The notes under the pieces: model-generated
What the model was told of the DNA's origin: nothing
The model's input: only the letters and a program-made list of their open reading frames with translations
Database searches by the model: none
Shown here: positions 26,963 to 36,593 of the stretch, piece by piece
How positions within the stretch are numbered: the stretch's first letter is position 1
Layout of the letters: each line of letters starts with the position of its first letter
Position numbers and translations under genes: made by a program
From: an uncultured Anaerolineales bacterium
GTDB lineage: Bacteria; Chloroflexota; Anaerolineae; UBA1429
Assembly (NCBI GenBank): GCA_964416075.1
Contig: CAYQDH010000002.1
Location: 1 to 50,026, forward strand
Direction: 5' to 3'
DNA: 50,026 nt

Positions 26963-29440
26963 ATGCCAATACCAGAACGTTTCGTAGAAAAGCCGCCGCA
27001 CATCGATGAGCGACGCATGCGGCACATCTCCGACGAGGACCTTTGCGCGGCCCTCGCCCTTCCTCAACCCGTGTCGGGCTTGACCCGAAGGGCCGCTCGT
27101 CGCGGCGAGCGGATCGATGCGCCCGTCACCCTCGATGCATGGTCCCCGCACTTTGCTGGACGCCAGCGACCCTTGCCGGTCACCGACGTGCAGGGCTGGG
27201 CCCGACACATCGGTGCCGCGGGCAGCTCGCAGGCCGAGACGATCATCCGCCAGGCCACGCGCCTGCACGCCGAGCCCCTAGACTATGCCGATCCCAGCAA
27301 GGGCAAATCGGGCCTCTATGGGTTCCACTATATGCAGTGGATGCGTCCGCTGATCGATGCTTACGCCCTGACGCGCGACGAGGCCCATGTGCAGGCCTTT
27401 GCCCGTTTGTTCAACGATTGGTACGAAACGCGCGACCGCGTGCGCGGCCAGTGGCAGCCCGACGTTATCTGGTATACCCTGGGGCTGGCCATCCGCTCCA
27501 CGCTGTTCACGTTGGCCTACCACACCTTCCGCGGCTCGCCCGCGCTCGACATTGCCACGCAGGCGCGCCTGCTCAAGACCGTCTTGGGCGCCTGCCGCTG
27601 GTTGGCCGAGGAACACGATACCTTCCGCTATGGCAACTGGCAGCTGCATGGCGTGGCGCACCTGTTGCAGCTGGCGCTCTTCTGGCCCGAGTTTCGCGAG
27701 GCCCCGGCCTGGCGCGCCATCGCCGAGGCTCGTCTGTGGGATCACCTGGCGCTCGACGTCTACCCCGACGGCGGCCACCACGAGCGTTCTGCCGGCTACC
27801 ACAGCGGCGTGGTCGAGAACTATGGCCAGGCTGCGCTGGCCCTGGATCTGGCCGGCGATCCGCGCCTGCGCCAGGCGATTGCGCCCCTCTACCACTGGCT
27901 CGTGCAGCAGTGCAGTCCCCTCGGATGGGCGCAGGCCTCCAACGACTCGGGGTTCGTGTGGGTGGGGCCGTTTGCCGCGCGCGGCGCTGTGATCTGCGCC
28001 GACCCCGAGCTCAAGTCTGTTGCCGAGCAACTCGGTTCTCCTGAGGAGATCGCCGCCGCCCTGGCCACCATTCCCACCCTCCCCGATGGACGCACGCCCC
28101 AGCAGTCCTGGAACGCCCTCGTCAGCCGTCCTATGCATGCGGGGAGCGTGCTCTTGCCTACGTCCAAGTTTGCCATCATGCGCTCGGGCCTCGGGCCGGA
28201 TGACCTGTTTATGGCCATCACCTATGGGCCGTGGATCGAGCACGAGCTCGAGTCGCACAGCCACAACGACCCGCTCAGCTTCGTCTGTGCCGGCCTGGAT
28301 GTGCCGTTGGCGGTCGAGGCCGGCGGACCCGCCACCTACGATGACCCGGAATACTACCAGTGGTACCAGGCGGCGCGCGCGCACAACGTCGTGCTGGTCG
28401 ACGGCCAGGATCCCAACACCCACCAGCGCGATGCCCAGTTGCTGCACTGGTCTACATCGCCAGTAGCTGATCTGTTCGCGGCAGAGCATGGTGGCTATCT
28501 CGAGAGCAAGGGGATCACCCACCGGCGAACAATCCTCTTCGCGCGCTCAACCCCTGCGGCTGAGCAGGCAGCCACAGGGATGGCTGCCACCTACTGGGTG
28601 GTGCATGATGAGCTCGAGCAGCCCAAGAATTTGCATCGCTTCGGCTGGCTCCTGCATTTGCCCAACGAGTTTACCCTGAAGGATGGCGCTGCCTTCCCCA
28701 CCGCAGGGCCGGGGTTGGCCGTGCTGCCTGTGGCCCCACGCGGCGGACGTTTAGAAGAAAGAGCCGCGGGGATGATGCTTGTCCCTGGGCCGCGCGCCTA
28801 TTCCGGTGCCGCGGAGCGGCGCATGGTGCGCGCCGTGCAGCACGTCGTTACCAGCGACGCGCCACGCGTGGCACTGATGCATATCCTGTACCCTCTCCGG
28901 GCTGGAGAAGAGCCGGATGCGATTCGCGTCCAGCCTCTTGCGCTCACAGGGGCGCCCGGCGAAGCCTGCTACGTCCACACGCCGGCTGGCGCCGATTTGG
29001 TGGTCCTGAGGGATACATCGGACGCCTCCCCATTTGTAGTAGCGCCATTAGGCGCGTCCCCCGCCGCAGACCATTGGGCCGGCGACGCCCTGGCCTGCCT
29101 GGTGCGCGCCGACGGTCGCCTGGCGGCCTACGAGGCTAGCTCGCTCTATCACGCGGGGGTGTCGCTCTTTTCCGCATCCGCGCCCCTGAAGTCGATTGCC
29201 CTCTGGCCCGTTGAGGAGGGTCTCGCTGGCGAGATCGTGGCCCACCGCAAGACGACCCTGCGTTTGCGTGTGCCATGGCCCTGGGGCCAGGTGCGCCTGA
29301 ACGACGTCGCGGTTCCGTCAGACGAAGGCGCCTCGCCACAGGACCGCGAGGCGCCCGATCCCTCCTTCCGGCTGCCCTACGGCGGGGTGTTTCGTCTCCT
29401 GATTACGACCAACGTGCCTCAGGTCGAGACGCAAGGTTGA
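26963..29440 (+). CDS. Heparinase II/III-like (alginate-lyase-fold N-domain) polysaccharide lyase family protein
   Basis: From MPIPERFVEK. The central NWQLHGVAHLLQLALFWPEF...YPDGGHHERSAGYH is typical of heparinase II/III-like proteins. The track ORF start at 26612 lies inside the upstream gene and the repeat. Confidence 0.75.
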   Translation: MPIPERFVEKPPHIDERRMRHISDEDLCAALALPQPVSGLTRRAARRGERIDAPVTLDAWSPHFAGRQRPLPVTDVQGWARHIGAAGSSQAETIIRQATRLHAEPLDYADPSKGKSGLYGFHYMQWMRPLIDAYALTRDEAHVQAFARLFNDWYETRDRVRGQWQPDVIWYTLGLAIRSTLFTLAYHTFRGSPALDIATQARLLKTVLGACRWLAEEHDTFRYGNWQLHGVAHLLQLALFWPEFREAPAWRAIAEARLWDHLALDVYPDGGHHERSAGYHSGVVENYGQAALALDLAGDPRLRQAIAPLYHWLVQQCSPLGWAQASNDSGFVWVGPFAARGAVICADPELKSVAEQLGSPEEIAAALATIPTLPDGRTPQQSWNALVSRPMHAGSVLLPTSKFAIMRSGLGPDDLFMAITYGPWIEHELESHSHNDPLSFVCAGLDVPLAVEAGGPATYDDPEYYQWYQAARAHNVVLVDGQDPNTHQRDAQLLHWSTSPVADLFAAEHGGYLESKGITHRRTILFARSTPAAEQAATGMAATYWVVHDELEQPKNLHRFGWLLHLPNEFTLKDGAAFPTAGPGLAVLPVAPRGGRLEERAAGMMLVPGPRAYSGAAERRMVRAVQHVVTSDAPRVALMHILYPLRAGEEPDAIRVQPLALTGAPGEACYVHTPAGADLVVLRDTSDASPFVVAPLGASPAADHWAGDALACLVRADGRLAAYEASSLYHAGVSLFSASAPLKSIALWPVEEGLAGEIVAHRKTTLRLRVPWPWGQVRLNDVAVPSDEGASPQDREAPDPSFRLPYGGVFRLLITTNVPQVETQG

Positions 29441-29588
29441 TTGACCAAGTGCGTTGGACGGCACTTTTTTTCTTTACGTGATTTACTGCGTTTTATTTAT
29501 CAGCCTCGAATTCACTCGACGAACGACTGTCATCATTCGACGCTTCGAGGAACGCTGATACGGGGCCGCATTCCCCCAAGGAGACACT

Positions 29589-30758
29589 ATGCGCATCACC
29601 GCCATCAAGACGCTGATCTGCCACGCCTACCGCTGCAACTGGGTCTTTGTCAAGGTGCTCACCGATAGTGAGCTCTATGGCGTGGGCGAAGCCACCACCG
29701 AGACGCGCGAGCTGACCGTGGCTCAGGCTGTGCAGGAGCTGGAGCGGATCGCCGTGGGCCGCGACCCCCACGCTGTCGAGGCTTTCTGGCACGATGCCCA
29801 CCGCGATACCTATTTCCGCGGTGGGCCCGTCCTGATGAGCGCCCTGGCTGGCGTCGAGATGGCCCTGTGGGATATCAAAGGCAAGGACCTGGGTGTGCCG
29901 GTCTATCAACTCCTCGGAGGCAAGGTGCGCGATGCCGTGCCCTGCTACGCCAACGGCTGGTTCGCCCCGGCCAGGACCCCCGACGAGTTTGCCGCCAAGG
30001 CTCGCCTCGCGGTCGATGCCGGGTGGAAGGGGCTCAAGTGGGACCCCTTCGGCCAGGCCTACATGAACCTCACACGGCAGGAGTTACACCAGGCCCTGGC
30101 TTGCGTGGAGGCGGTGGTGGGCGCCGTGGGCGACCGCGCCGATGTGCTCATCGAGGGGCATGGCCGTTTCAACGTGCCCACCGCCATCCGCATCGGCCGG
30201 GCCTTGGAAACGTTCGGAGTGCTTTGGTTCGAGGAGCCGATCCCCCCCGATAGTATGGCCGAGTTGGCCGAGGTGCGGCGCAGCGTGCGCGTGCCCATCG
30301 CAGCGGGCGAGCGCCTCTATAGTCGCTGGGACTATATCGAGTTCCTGCGGCAAGGGTGCGCCGATTTCGTCCAGCCCGACGTGAGTCACGCCGGGGGGCT
30401 GTTGGAGATGATCAAGATCGCCGCGTTGGCCGAGTGTCACTATATCCCGCTCTGCCCGCACAACCCTAGTGGGCCGGTGGCCAATGCGGCCACTCTGCAC
30501 ATCGCCGCCTGCACCCCCAGCTTTCAGGTGCTGGAGATCATGAATACCGATGTGCCCTACCGGCGCCAGGTGACCACCGAGAGAGTGCCTTTCAAGGCTG
30601 GTCAGATCGCCATCCCCACGGGCCCAGGCCTGGGGATCGACCTCAACGAGGAGGTCATCGCCCAGCACCCCTACCAGCCGCGCGATTTGCGCCACTACAA
30701 AGGCACCCTCACGGACATCCGGCCGCCGGACGCCACGAGCTATTTCGACCGCGACTAG
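29589..30758 (+). CDS. Enolase-superfamily dehydratase (mandelate racemase/muconate lactonizing family, galactonate/mannonate-dehydratase-like)
   Basis: MRITAIKT...GVGEAT...ALWDIKGKDLGVPVYQLLGGKVRD, then EEP and the metal-ligand pattern. RBS AAGGAG. Confidence 0.85.
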   Translation: MRITAIKTLICHAYRCNWVFVKVLTDSELYGVGEATTETRELTVAQAVQELERIAVGRDPHAVEAFWHDAHRDTYFRGGPVLMSALAGVEMALWDIKGKDLGVPVYQLLGGKVRDAVPCYANGWFAPARTPDEFAAKARLAVDAGWKGLKWDPFGQAYMNLTRQELHQALACVEAVVGAVGDRADVLIEGHGRFNVPTAIRIGRALETFGVLWFEEPIPPDSMAELAEVRRSVRVPIAAGERLYSRWDYIEFLRQGCADFVQPDVSHAGGLLEMIKIAALAECHYIPLCPHNPSGPVANAATLHIAACTPSFQVLEIMNTDVPYRRQVTTERVPFKAGQIAIPTGPGLGIDLNEEVIAQHPYQPRDLRHYKGTLTDIRPPDATSYFDRD

Positions 30759-30783
30759 AGACCTCTGGCAGGCCCTGGCCCTT

Positions 30784-31554
30784 CTAACGATAGCGATCCA
30801 GGTTGCCACGGTAGGTCAGCCCCAACACCTGCCGCGCCCGGGCGCTGTTGCACGTCCTGTCGGCCTCGGGCGAGCCCACGATGTGTAGCACGTCGAAATC
30901 CACGGTCGTCGACTCCACGGCCAGCCGGCAGGCCTCGGCTAGATCGTGGCGACAGACCCAACCAACTCTCCACGGATGACCCTCGGCGCCCAGTTTTTCC
31001 CGGTGTCGGCCAATGCCCAAGCGGCTGTCGACGATATAGTCGGGCCGCAGCACTACGATGCGCGTGCCGAATGCGTCGTGGAACTGGCGGCACATCTCCT
31101 CTTGCAAGCGCTTGCAGACGGCATAGAGGCTGCCATCGGGCCGCCGCACTTCCGAGGTAAAGAACACCCCCTTGGGATGAACCGTCTGGCACGACCCCAC
31201 GTGCACCACGCGCCGGAGGCCCCGTCGCCGGGCCGCTTCGAGCACGTTCCATAGCCCCTTCAGGTTAACGAGAAACGCCCCCTCATCGTCCACCCCATAA
31301 GCGCCCGGCATGGTCGATGGGTGCACTGCCAGGTGGATCGCGGCGTCCATCCCTTCCATCACTGCATCGACGCTCGCAAAATCGACGATATCGCCATAGA
31401 CCTTTTCGCCGTCCTGCCAATCGCCATCGATCTCTTGCCAGGCGCCCCAGGCTTGGGGATCACGCTCGAAAGCGCGGATCCCATGCTCGCCTGCCAGGCT
31501 GGCTAGGACCGCTCGACCCGTGAACCCGGCCGCCCCGAATACCACCACCTTCAT
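30784..31554 (-). CDS. NAD-dependent epimerase/dehydratase family (SDR) protein
   Basis: MKVVVFGAAGFTGRAV has the GxxGxxG Rossmann motif. ATG 31554 has GGAGAAAG upstream. The track ORF extends to 31614. Confidence 0.8.
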   Translation of the reverse strand: MKVVVFGAAGFTGRAVLASLAGEHGIRAFERDPQAWGAWQEIDGDWQDGEKVYGDIVDFASVDAVMEGMDAAIHLAVHPSTMPGAYGVDDEGAFLVNLKGLWNVLEAARRRGLRRVVHVGSCQTVHPKGVFFTSEVRRPDGSLYAVCKRLQEEMCRQFHDAFGTRIVVLRPDYIVDSRLGIGRHREKLGAEGHPWRVGWVCRHDLAEACRLAVESTTVDFDVLHIVGSPEADRTCNSARARQVLGLTYRGNLDRYR

Positions 31555-31903
31555 CGGCTTTCTCCTTGTGTGGCCACCCTGCATGTGCACACCTTCCATC
31601 TGTACCGCGGGCATCTTGCCCGCGAACTCCCAATCTCACCAAGCACGTCAGCGCCTGCGGGAGTATACCCACGCATGCCATCCCGTCAATGCCCTGGACC
31701 AGGCCAAGGACGCGGCGCCATCGCAGCGAACGGACGCCAGAATCCGCGGGCCAAGGGGCACTGCAAGCCAATCCCGGGGTGACCCAGGCCCCATAATCCT
31801 GTATACTGGGGAGCACTTGCTGCGAGATGTCACGGGTCTCGTCCGGGGACGAGGCTGAGTTTGGGGAACAAGCCTGGCAGAAAGGTTGAAAAGGGGGATC
31901 GCT

Positions 31904-33052
31904 TTGAAGATCAGAGCCATAGAAACCTACCTGGCGCGTGTCGGGGTGCAGAACCGACCCCACGTGCGCGTGTTGACGGATGAAGATATCTACGGTATCG
32001 GGGAAGCCTACCCTTGCGGCCCGGACTTGGCCACGGTACAGGCCATCCACTACTTCGGAGAGTGGCTGGCCGGGCGCGATCCGATGGATATCGAGGGGCT
32101 GTGCCAGCTGATGCACGTAGGCTCGCGCTTTCCGGGAGGGTCGATCCTCAATGCGGCGATCAGCGGCATCGAACAGGCCCTATGGGACATTAAAGGCAAA
32201 GCACTGGGCGTCCCGGTCTACCAGTTAGTCGGAGGCAAGTGCCGCGACAAGGTGCGCGCCTACGAGAGCATTGGAGGCGAAACGCCCGCTGAACTCGCCG
32301 ACGAGGCACAGCGCCTCCTCGACAAATACCACTATACCGGCCTAAAGATGGGCCCCTTCCCGCATGATGATGGCCTGTGGCACGATATGGGCATCGCCGC
32401 CTGGATCCGCGCCTCCGAAGCCCGCATCGCCTCGGTACGCCAGACGGTTGGCGATAACGTGGATATCGCCCTGGACGCGCATGCCCAGATCTTTGAGCCG
32501 GCCAAGGCCGTGGAGCTCTGCGACATGCTACAACCCTATCATCCCCTCTTTCTCGAGGAGCCGCTGCGGCCGGAGAATCGCGCGGCCATGGGCTATCTGC
32601 GCGGCAAATCGCGCATTCCCATCGCCACGGGTGAGATGCTGTACACCATCTACGAATTCCGAGATCTGATCGCTGCCGCGGGCGCGGACATCCTGCAGCC
32701 CGATATCTGTTTGGTGGGCGGGTTGTGGGAGATGAAAAAGATCGCGGCCATGGCGGAAGCAGAGTATTTGATGGTCGCGCCACACAACCCCTGTGGGCCG
32801 GTCGCCACGGCAGCCAGCGTGCATTTTGCCCTGAGCACTCACAATTTCCTGATCCTGGAGTATCATCCCGATGACACTCCCTCTCGGCGTGAGATGGTCG
32901 ATGAACCCATCGCTTTCCAGGATGGCTATCTACTCCCGCCCACCAGGCCTGGGCTGGGCTTGGATCTCAATTTGGAAGCCTACCAGCACGTCTACCAATC
33001 CTGGCATCGGCCCTTCCTCTGGCGTGTGGACGGCGGTCTTGGCCATCAATAG
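31904..33052 (+). CDS. Enolase-superfamily dehydratase, second paralog
   Basis: KIRAIETY...GIGEAY...ALWDIKGKALGVPVYQLVGGKCRD...FLEEP. The probable start is TTG 31904 after AAGGGGG; the track start is 31886. Confidence 0.85.
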   Translation: MKIRAIETYLARVGVQNRPHVRVLTDEDIYGIGEAYPCGPDLATVQAIHYFGEWLAGRDPMDIEGLCQLMHVGSRFPGGSILNAAISGIEQALWDIKGKALGVPVYQLVGGKCRDKVRAYESIGGETPAELADEAQRLLDKYHYTGLKMGPFPHDDGLWHDMGIAAWIRASEARIASVRQTVGDNVDIALDAHAQIFEPAKAVELCDMLQPYHPLFLEEPLRPENRAAMGYLRGKSRIPIATGEMLYTIYEFRDLIAAAGADILQPDICLVGGLWEMKKIAAMAEAEYLMVAPHNPCGPVATAASVHFALSTHNFLILEYHPDDTPSRREMVDEPIAFQDGYLLPPTRPGLGLDLNLEAYQHVYQSWHRPFLWRVDGGLGHQ

Positions 33053-33236
33053 CCCGCACTACTTCCTGCCGCCATCCTCGTAGAGCCGGGCAACCCCTGA
33101 CCCGCGGCTCTTTGCTCACGCTGCGTCTGAACGGGGGACGGGGATGCACGTCCCCGCCCCTCGCCCAGGAACCCGATACGGCGGAGAGACTCCCAGTCTG
33201 GTAGTCATTCCCTCATCTCAGTCCGTGGGCTTGGGC

Positions 33237-33265
33237 TTGTGCGCTCCGCCGTAGCTGGCTATAAT
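33237..33265 (+). promoter_or_regulatory. Sigma70-like promoter of the SWIM/MoxR/vWA operon
   Basis: TTGTGC (33237-33242), a 17-nt spacer, then TATAAT (33260-33265). It lies only about 20 nt before ATG 33286, so the leader would be very short or absent, with no SD. Confidence 0.4.
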
Positions 33266-33285
33266 AGAGTCATATCGTAGATCAC

Positions 33286-34677
33286 ATGACGGAATTCTAC
33301 ATGGCCTCGACCTTTAGCCAACAGCGGATCTTGGGCTTGGCTCCTGATACCCAGGTCGCCCATGCCGCCCGGAGTTTGGCCCACCCCGGCAAGTGGCAGA
33401 ACCTCGGTCTGGATGAGGGAGTCGCCTGGGGAGAGTTCCAAGGCTCGGGCAACAAGCCCTACCAGGTAGCAGTAGGCCTGGAGGGGCCTGCCTTTAAATG
33501 CAATTGTCCCAGCCGCAAGCGCCCCTGCAAACACGCCCTCGCCCTATTCATGCTCGCTGCCTACCAGGATAGCGCCATCCCTGCAGGCGAACGCCCTGTG
33601 TGGGTTGCGCAGTGGTTGGCCGGGAGGGCCAGCGTCAGGGAGCAAGAGAAGCGCGAGCCCCTAGCGGCCCAAGATACTCCCAACGAGGCCCCCTCACTCC
33701 CGATCGAGCCGGTGCGTGCATCCAAGCGCGGGGCGCAGCGGGAAAAACGGGTTCGGGAAGGGACTGGAGCGCTGGCACACTGGATGGAGGACCTGGCCCG
33801 GCAGGGGCTGGGCAGTGCTCAGAGCCAGCCTCCGGCTTTTTGGGATGAACAGGCTGCCCGGCTTGTGGATGCCCAGGCGCCGGGGCTGGCGCGGAGGGTT
33901 CGCGAGTTATCGACGTTTGCCCATTCCGGAGAGGATTGGCCTGCCCGCCTCCTCGATCACTTGGGACGGCTGCACCTCCTGCTAGAAGCCTATGCTCGCC
34001 TCGATCGCTTGCCCCTCGAGCTGCGTGAAGAGATCCGCTCACAGATCGGCTGGACGCAGGACCAGAGCGCCCTGCGGGACCAGGCCGGAGAGCGAGACGA
34101 TTGGCTGGTCGTCGGGCAGCGTATTACCGAAGAGGAACGCTTGCGCGTGGCCCGTACATGGCTCTGGGGCGTGCGCTCTCAAGTCGGGGTATTCACCCTG
34201 GACTTTGCTCCCCCAGGCAGACCTATCGAGTGCGCAATGATCCCGGGCACCCATCTCGATGCGACCTTGGTCTTTTGGCCGGGGCCCGTGCGGCAGCGCG
34301 CGTTGGTCAAGGTGCAACACGCCATCTCGCCCATGCAGGCCTTGCCCGGTTACTGCAACTTGGAAGTAGCCCTGGCGACCTTTGGCGCTGCCCTGGCCGG
34401 CGTTCCCTGGCTCGACCGCTTTCTCATGCCCCTGGCCGACGTGATCCCGGTGCGCCAGGGAAGCAATTGGCTGGTCTGCGATGTGGATCATCACGCCCTA
34501 CCCCTGGCGGTGGGCGAGATGGATGGCTGGCGCCTGACAGCGCTGAGCGGGGGATCTCCCCTCACGTTGGCCGGTGAGTGGGACGGAGAGCACTTGTCTC
34601 CCCTCAGCGCCTGGACGGCTAACCAGCTGATCCTGCTCACGGGCGAGAGCCTGCCCGATGGCGGGGGGCAGCGATGA
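33286..34677 (+). CDS. SWIM zinc-finger domain protein
   Basis: The SWIM signature CxCx(n)CxH is seen as FKCNCPSRKRPCKHALALF near the N-terminus. 463 aa. The stop overlaps the next start as ATGA. Confidence 0.8.
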   Translation: MTEFYMASTFSQQRILGLAPDTQVAHAARSLAHPGKWQNLGLDEGVAWGEFQGSGNKPYQVAVGLEGPAFKCNCPSRKRPCKHALALFMLAAYQDSAIPAGERPVWVAQWLAGRASVREQEKREPLAAQDTPNEAPSLPIEPVRASKRGAQREKRVREGTGALAHWMEDLARQGLGSAQSQPPAFWDEQAARLVDAQAPGLARRVRELSTFAHSGEDWPARLLDHLGRLHLLLEAYARLDRLPLELREEIRSQIGWTQDQSALRDQAGERDDWLVVGQRITEEERLRVARTWLWGVRSQVGVFTLDFAPPGRPIECAMIPGTHLDATLVFWPGPVRQRALVKVQHAISPMQALPGYCNLEVALATFGAALAGVPWLDRFLMPLADVIPVRQGSNWLVCDVDHHALPLAVGEMDGWRLTALSGGSPLTLAGEWDGEHLSPLSAWTANQLILLTGESLPDGGGQR

Positions 34678-36299
34678 GTGCTTGGGACGACCTCGTCGCC
34701 GTGGCGCTGGTGGGCACGGGCCAGGCCAGACCGGCTTCCCCGTTATTCGCTGGAAAGACCCGCTTGGACTTGCTCCTGACCAAGTTGGAGGATCAGCCCG
34801 TGGAGCAGCGGACGCTGGCCGCGGCGTCCGTGTTTTCCACCTGGCGCCGAGCCGGTATGCAGCCCCTCGAGTTCTCGGCGACGCCGGCAAAGGCCCCTGC
34901 GGAGGATCGCTCGCCCTGCCCCGAGGCAGCCGCCGGGCACCTGGAGCGCATCCTCCGGGATGAGACGCTCATGCCCGTGCTGCCCCAATGGCTCGCCGCC
35001 CTGGCCGCGGCGGCGCACAACCTGCCCCATCGTTGGCTGCCCGAGATCCTGGACCTGGCTTGCCGCCAGAAAGACCTACGGCCCTTGGTGCGCAACGTCC
35101 TTGGCCCGCGTGGGACATGGTTGGCTTGGCAGCGAGAGAGTTGGGTCGCTCTGCTGCTCCCCACGACACGCGAGGCGATCACCGATCGCTGGCAGAACGG
35201 CATCCTGCCCGAGCGCGCCGAGCTCTTGCAGCACGTGCGCCAGACAGACCCGGCGCTGGGACTGGAACTGGTCAGCGCAACGTGGGGGCAGGAGTCGCCC
35301 CGCGAGCGTGAGGCCTTCCTCCAGGTCCTGAGCGCGGGCCTGAGCATGGCTGACGAACCCTTCTTGGAAACCGCCCTGGACGACCGGCGCAAGGATGTGC
35401 GGCTGGCCGCCGCAGAGCTGTTGGCCGCCCTGCCCGGCTCGCGCCTGTGCCGACGCATGCTGGACCGGCTGGCGCCTCTGCTCCATTTCACCCCCGGAGG
35501 GCAGTCCGGTCTGGCCCGGCTGGGGTTGGGACGCAAGCTTGCCGTGGAGGTGATCCTTCCCGGCGAGTGCGACAAGGCTATGCTTCGCGATGGCCTGGAC
35601 CCCCACGGCATCGAGGGACTGGGGCCGCGTCAGGGCTGCTTGGTCCAGATGCTCAGCATGGTGCCACCCGAGATGTGGTGCGTGCGTTGGGACGTCGACC
35701 CGCAACGGGCGCTGGCTGCTTTCGTCAAAACCGAGTGGGAAGAAACGTTTCTCACCGGCTGGGCATTTGCCGCCGCACGTTACCGCGATGCGGCCTGGGC
35801 CGACGCCGTGATCTCTGTCCTCCTGCACAAGGTCCCGCAGTGGCGCGAGCAACCGACTCTCCAGGCCGGCACCGCTGCCCAACGGGCCGTGAAGCTGCTC
35901 TATCTCCTGTGGCCGGTGCTCTCGCCGGCGCGCCTGGAGGCCCGGGCGTTGGAATCACTGGGCTCTCGCTTGCCCCTCCAGAACACCCACGTCGTGGTGT
36001 CGTTGCTGGGGCGGTGTCGCCATCCGTGGAGTGAAACGTTGGGCCGGGCGATGCTTCAAGCCCTGCAGAGGGTGGTGCGTGAAGGGGATTCCTCCTTCGA
36101 TACCACATGGCCCCTCCGCCAGGATTTGAAGGAATACGCCCTGTATATGCCGCCCTCATTGGCTGTGCAGTCCGCCGAGGGATGGGATCGGAGCGGGTCG
36201 ATGTGGAACACCTGGAGTAGCGCCGTAGAGCAGTTCCAGATTATCCTGCAATTCCGCCACGATATGCTGGCGGCATTGCCACCGGCCGCGCCTGCCTGA
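34674..36299 (+). CDS. HEAT-repeat-containing protein (DUF5691-like partner of the SWIM protein)
   Basis: 541 aa, helical and Leu/Ala-rich, with a HEAT/PBS-lyase-like repeat DDRRKDVRLAAAELLAALPGS. It is translationally coupled to the SWIM gene. The DUF5691 label is from my memory of similar actinobacterial clusters. Confidence 0.6.
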   Translation: MSAWDDLVAVALVGTGQARPASPLFAGKTRLDLLLTKLEDQPVEQRTLAAASVFSTWRRAGMQPLEFSATPAKAPAEDRSPCPEAAAGHLERILRDETLMPVLPQWLAALAAAAHNLPHRWLPEILDLACRQKDLRPLVRNVLGPRGTWLAWQRESWVALLLPTTREAITDRWQNGILPERAELLQHVRQTDPALGLELVSATWGQESPREREAFLQVLSAGLSMADEPFLETALDDRRKDVRLAAAELLAALPGSRLCRRMLDRLAPLLHFTPGGQSGLARLGLGRKLAVEVILPGECDKAMLRDGLDPHGIEGLGPRQGCLVQMLSMVPPEMWCVRWDVDPQRALAAFVKTEWEETFLTGWAFAAARYRDAAWADAVISVLLHKVPQWREQPTLQAGTAAQRAVKLLYLLWPVLSPARLEARALESLGSRLPLQNTHVVVSLLGRCRHPWSETLGRAMLQALQRVVREGDSSFDTTWPLRQDLKEYALYMPPSLAVQSAEGWDRSGSMWNTWSSAVEQFQIILQFRHDMLAALPPAAPA

Positions 36300-36322
36300 C
36301 CTGTCACGCCTGAGGCTCCGTC

Positions 36323-36409
36323 ATGGCGAGAAACCCACGGGCTGCCGCCCCTGCGGTCTCAGATGACGTCCCAAGTACCGCAAGTTGCCTAACTTGCGGA
36401 TCTTGGTAA
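36323..36409 (+). CDS. Candidate mini-ORF 1 (28 aa) MARNPRAAAPAVSDDVPSTASCLTCGSW
   Basis: A complete ATG...TAA within repeat unit 1, with GAGG about 7 nt upstream. Whether it is coding is unproven, because the hairpin could explain the conservation instead. Confidence 0.3.
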   Translation: MARNPRAAAPAVSDDVPSTASCLTCGSW

Positions 36410-36414
36410 ACGTC

Positions 36415-36501
36415 ATGGCGAGAAACCCACGGGCTGCCGCCCCTGCGATCTCAAATGACGTCCCAAGTACCGCAAGTTGCCTAACTTGCGGATCTTGGTA
36501 A
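36415..36501 (+). CDS. Candidate mini-ORF 2 (28 aa) MARNPRAAAPAISNDVPSTASCLTCGSW
   Basis: A complete ATG...TAA within unit 2. The ATG is 5 nt after the previous TAA. It differs from copy 1 by V12I and D14N. Confidence 0.3.
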   Translation: MARNPRAAAPAISNDVPSTASCLTCGSW

Positions 36502-36506
36502 ACGTC

Positions 36507-36593
36507 ATGGCGAGAAACCCACGGGCTGCCGCCCCTGCGGTCTCAGATGACGTCCCTCGTACCGCAAGTTGCCTAACTTGCGGATCTTGGTAA
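36507..36593 (+). CDS. Candidate mini-ORF 3 (28 aa) MARNPRAAAPAVSDDVPRTASCLTCGSW
   Basis: A complete ATG...TAA within unit 3. It differs from copy 1 by S18R plus one synonymous change. Confidence 0.3.
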   Translation: MARNPRAAAPAVSDDVPRTASCLTCGSW

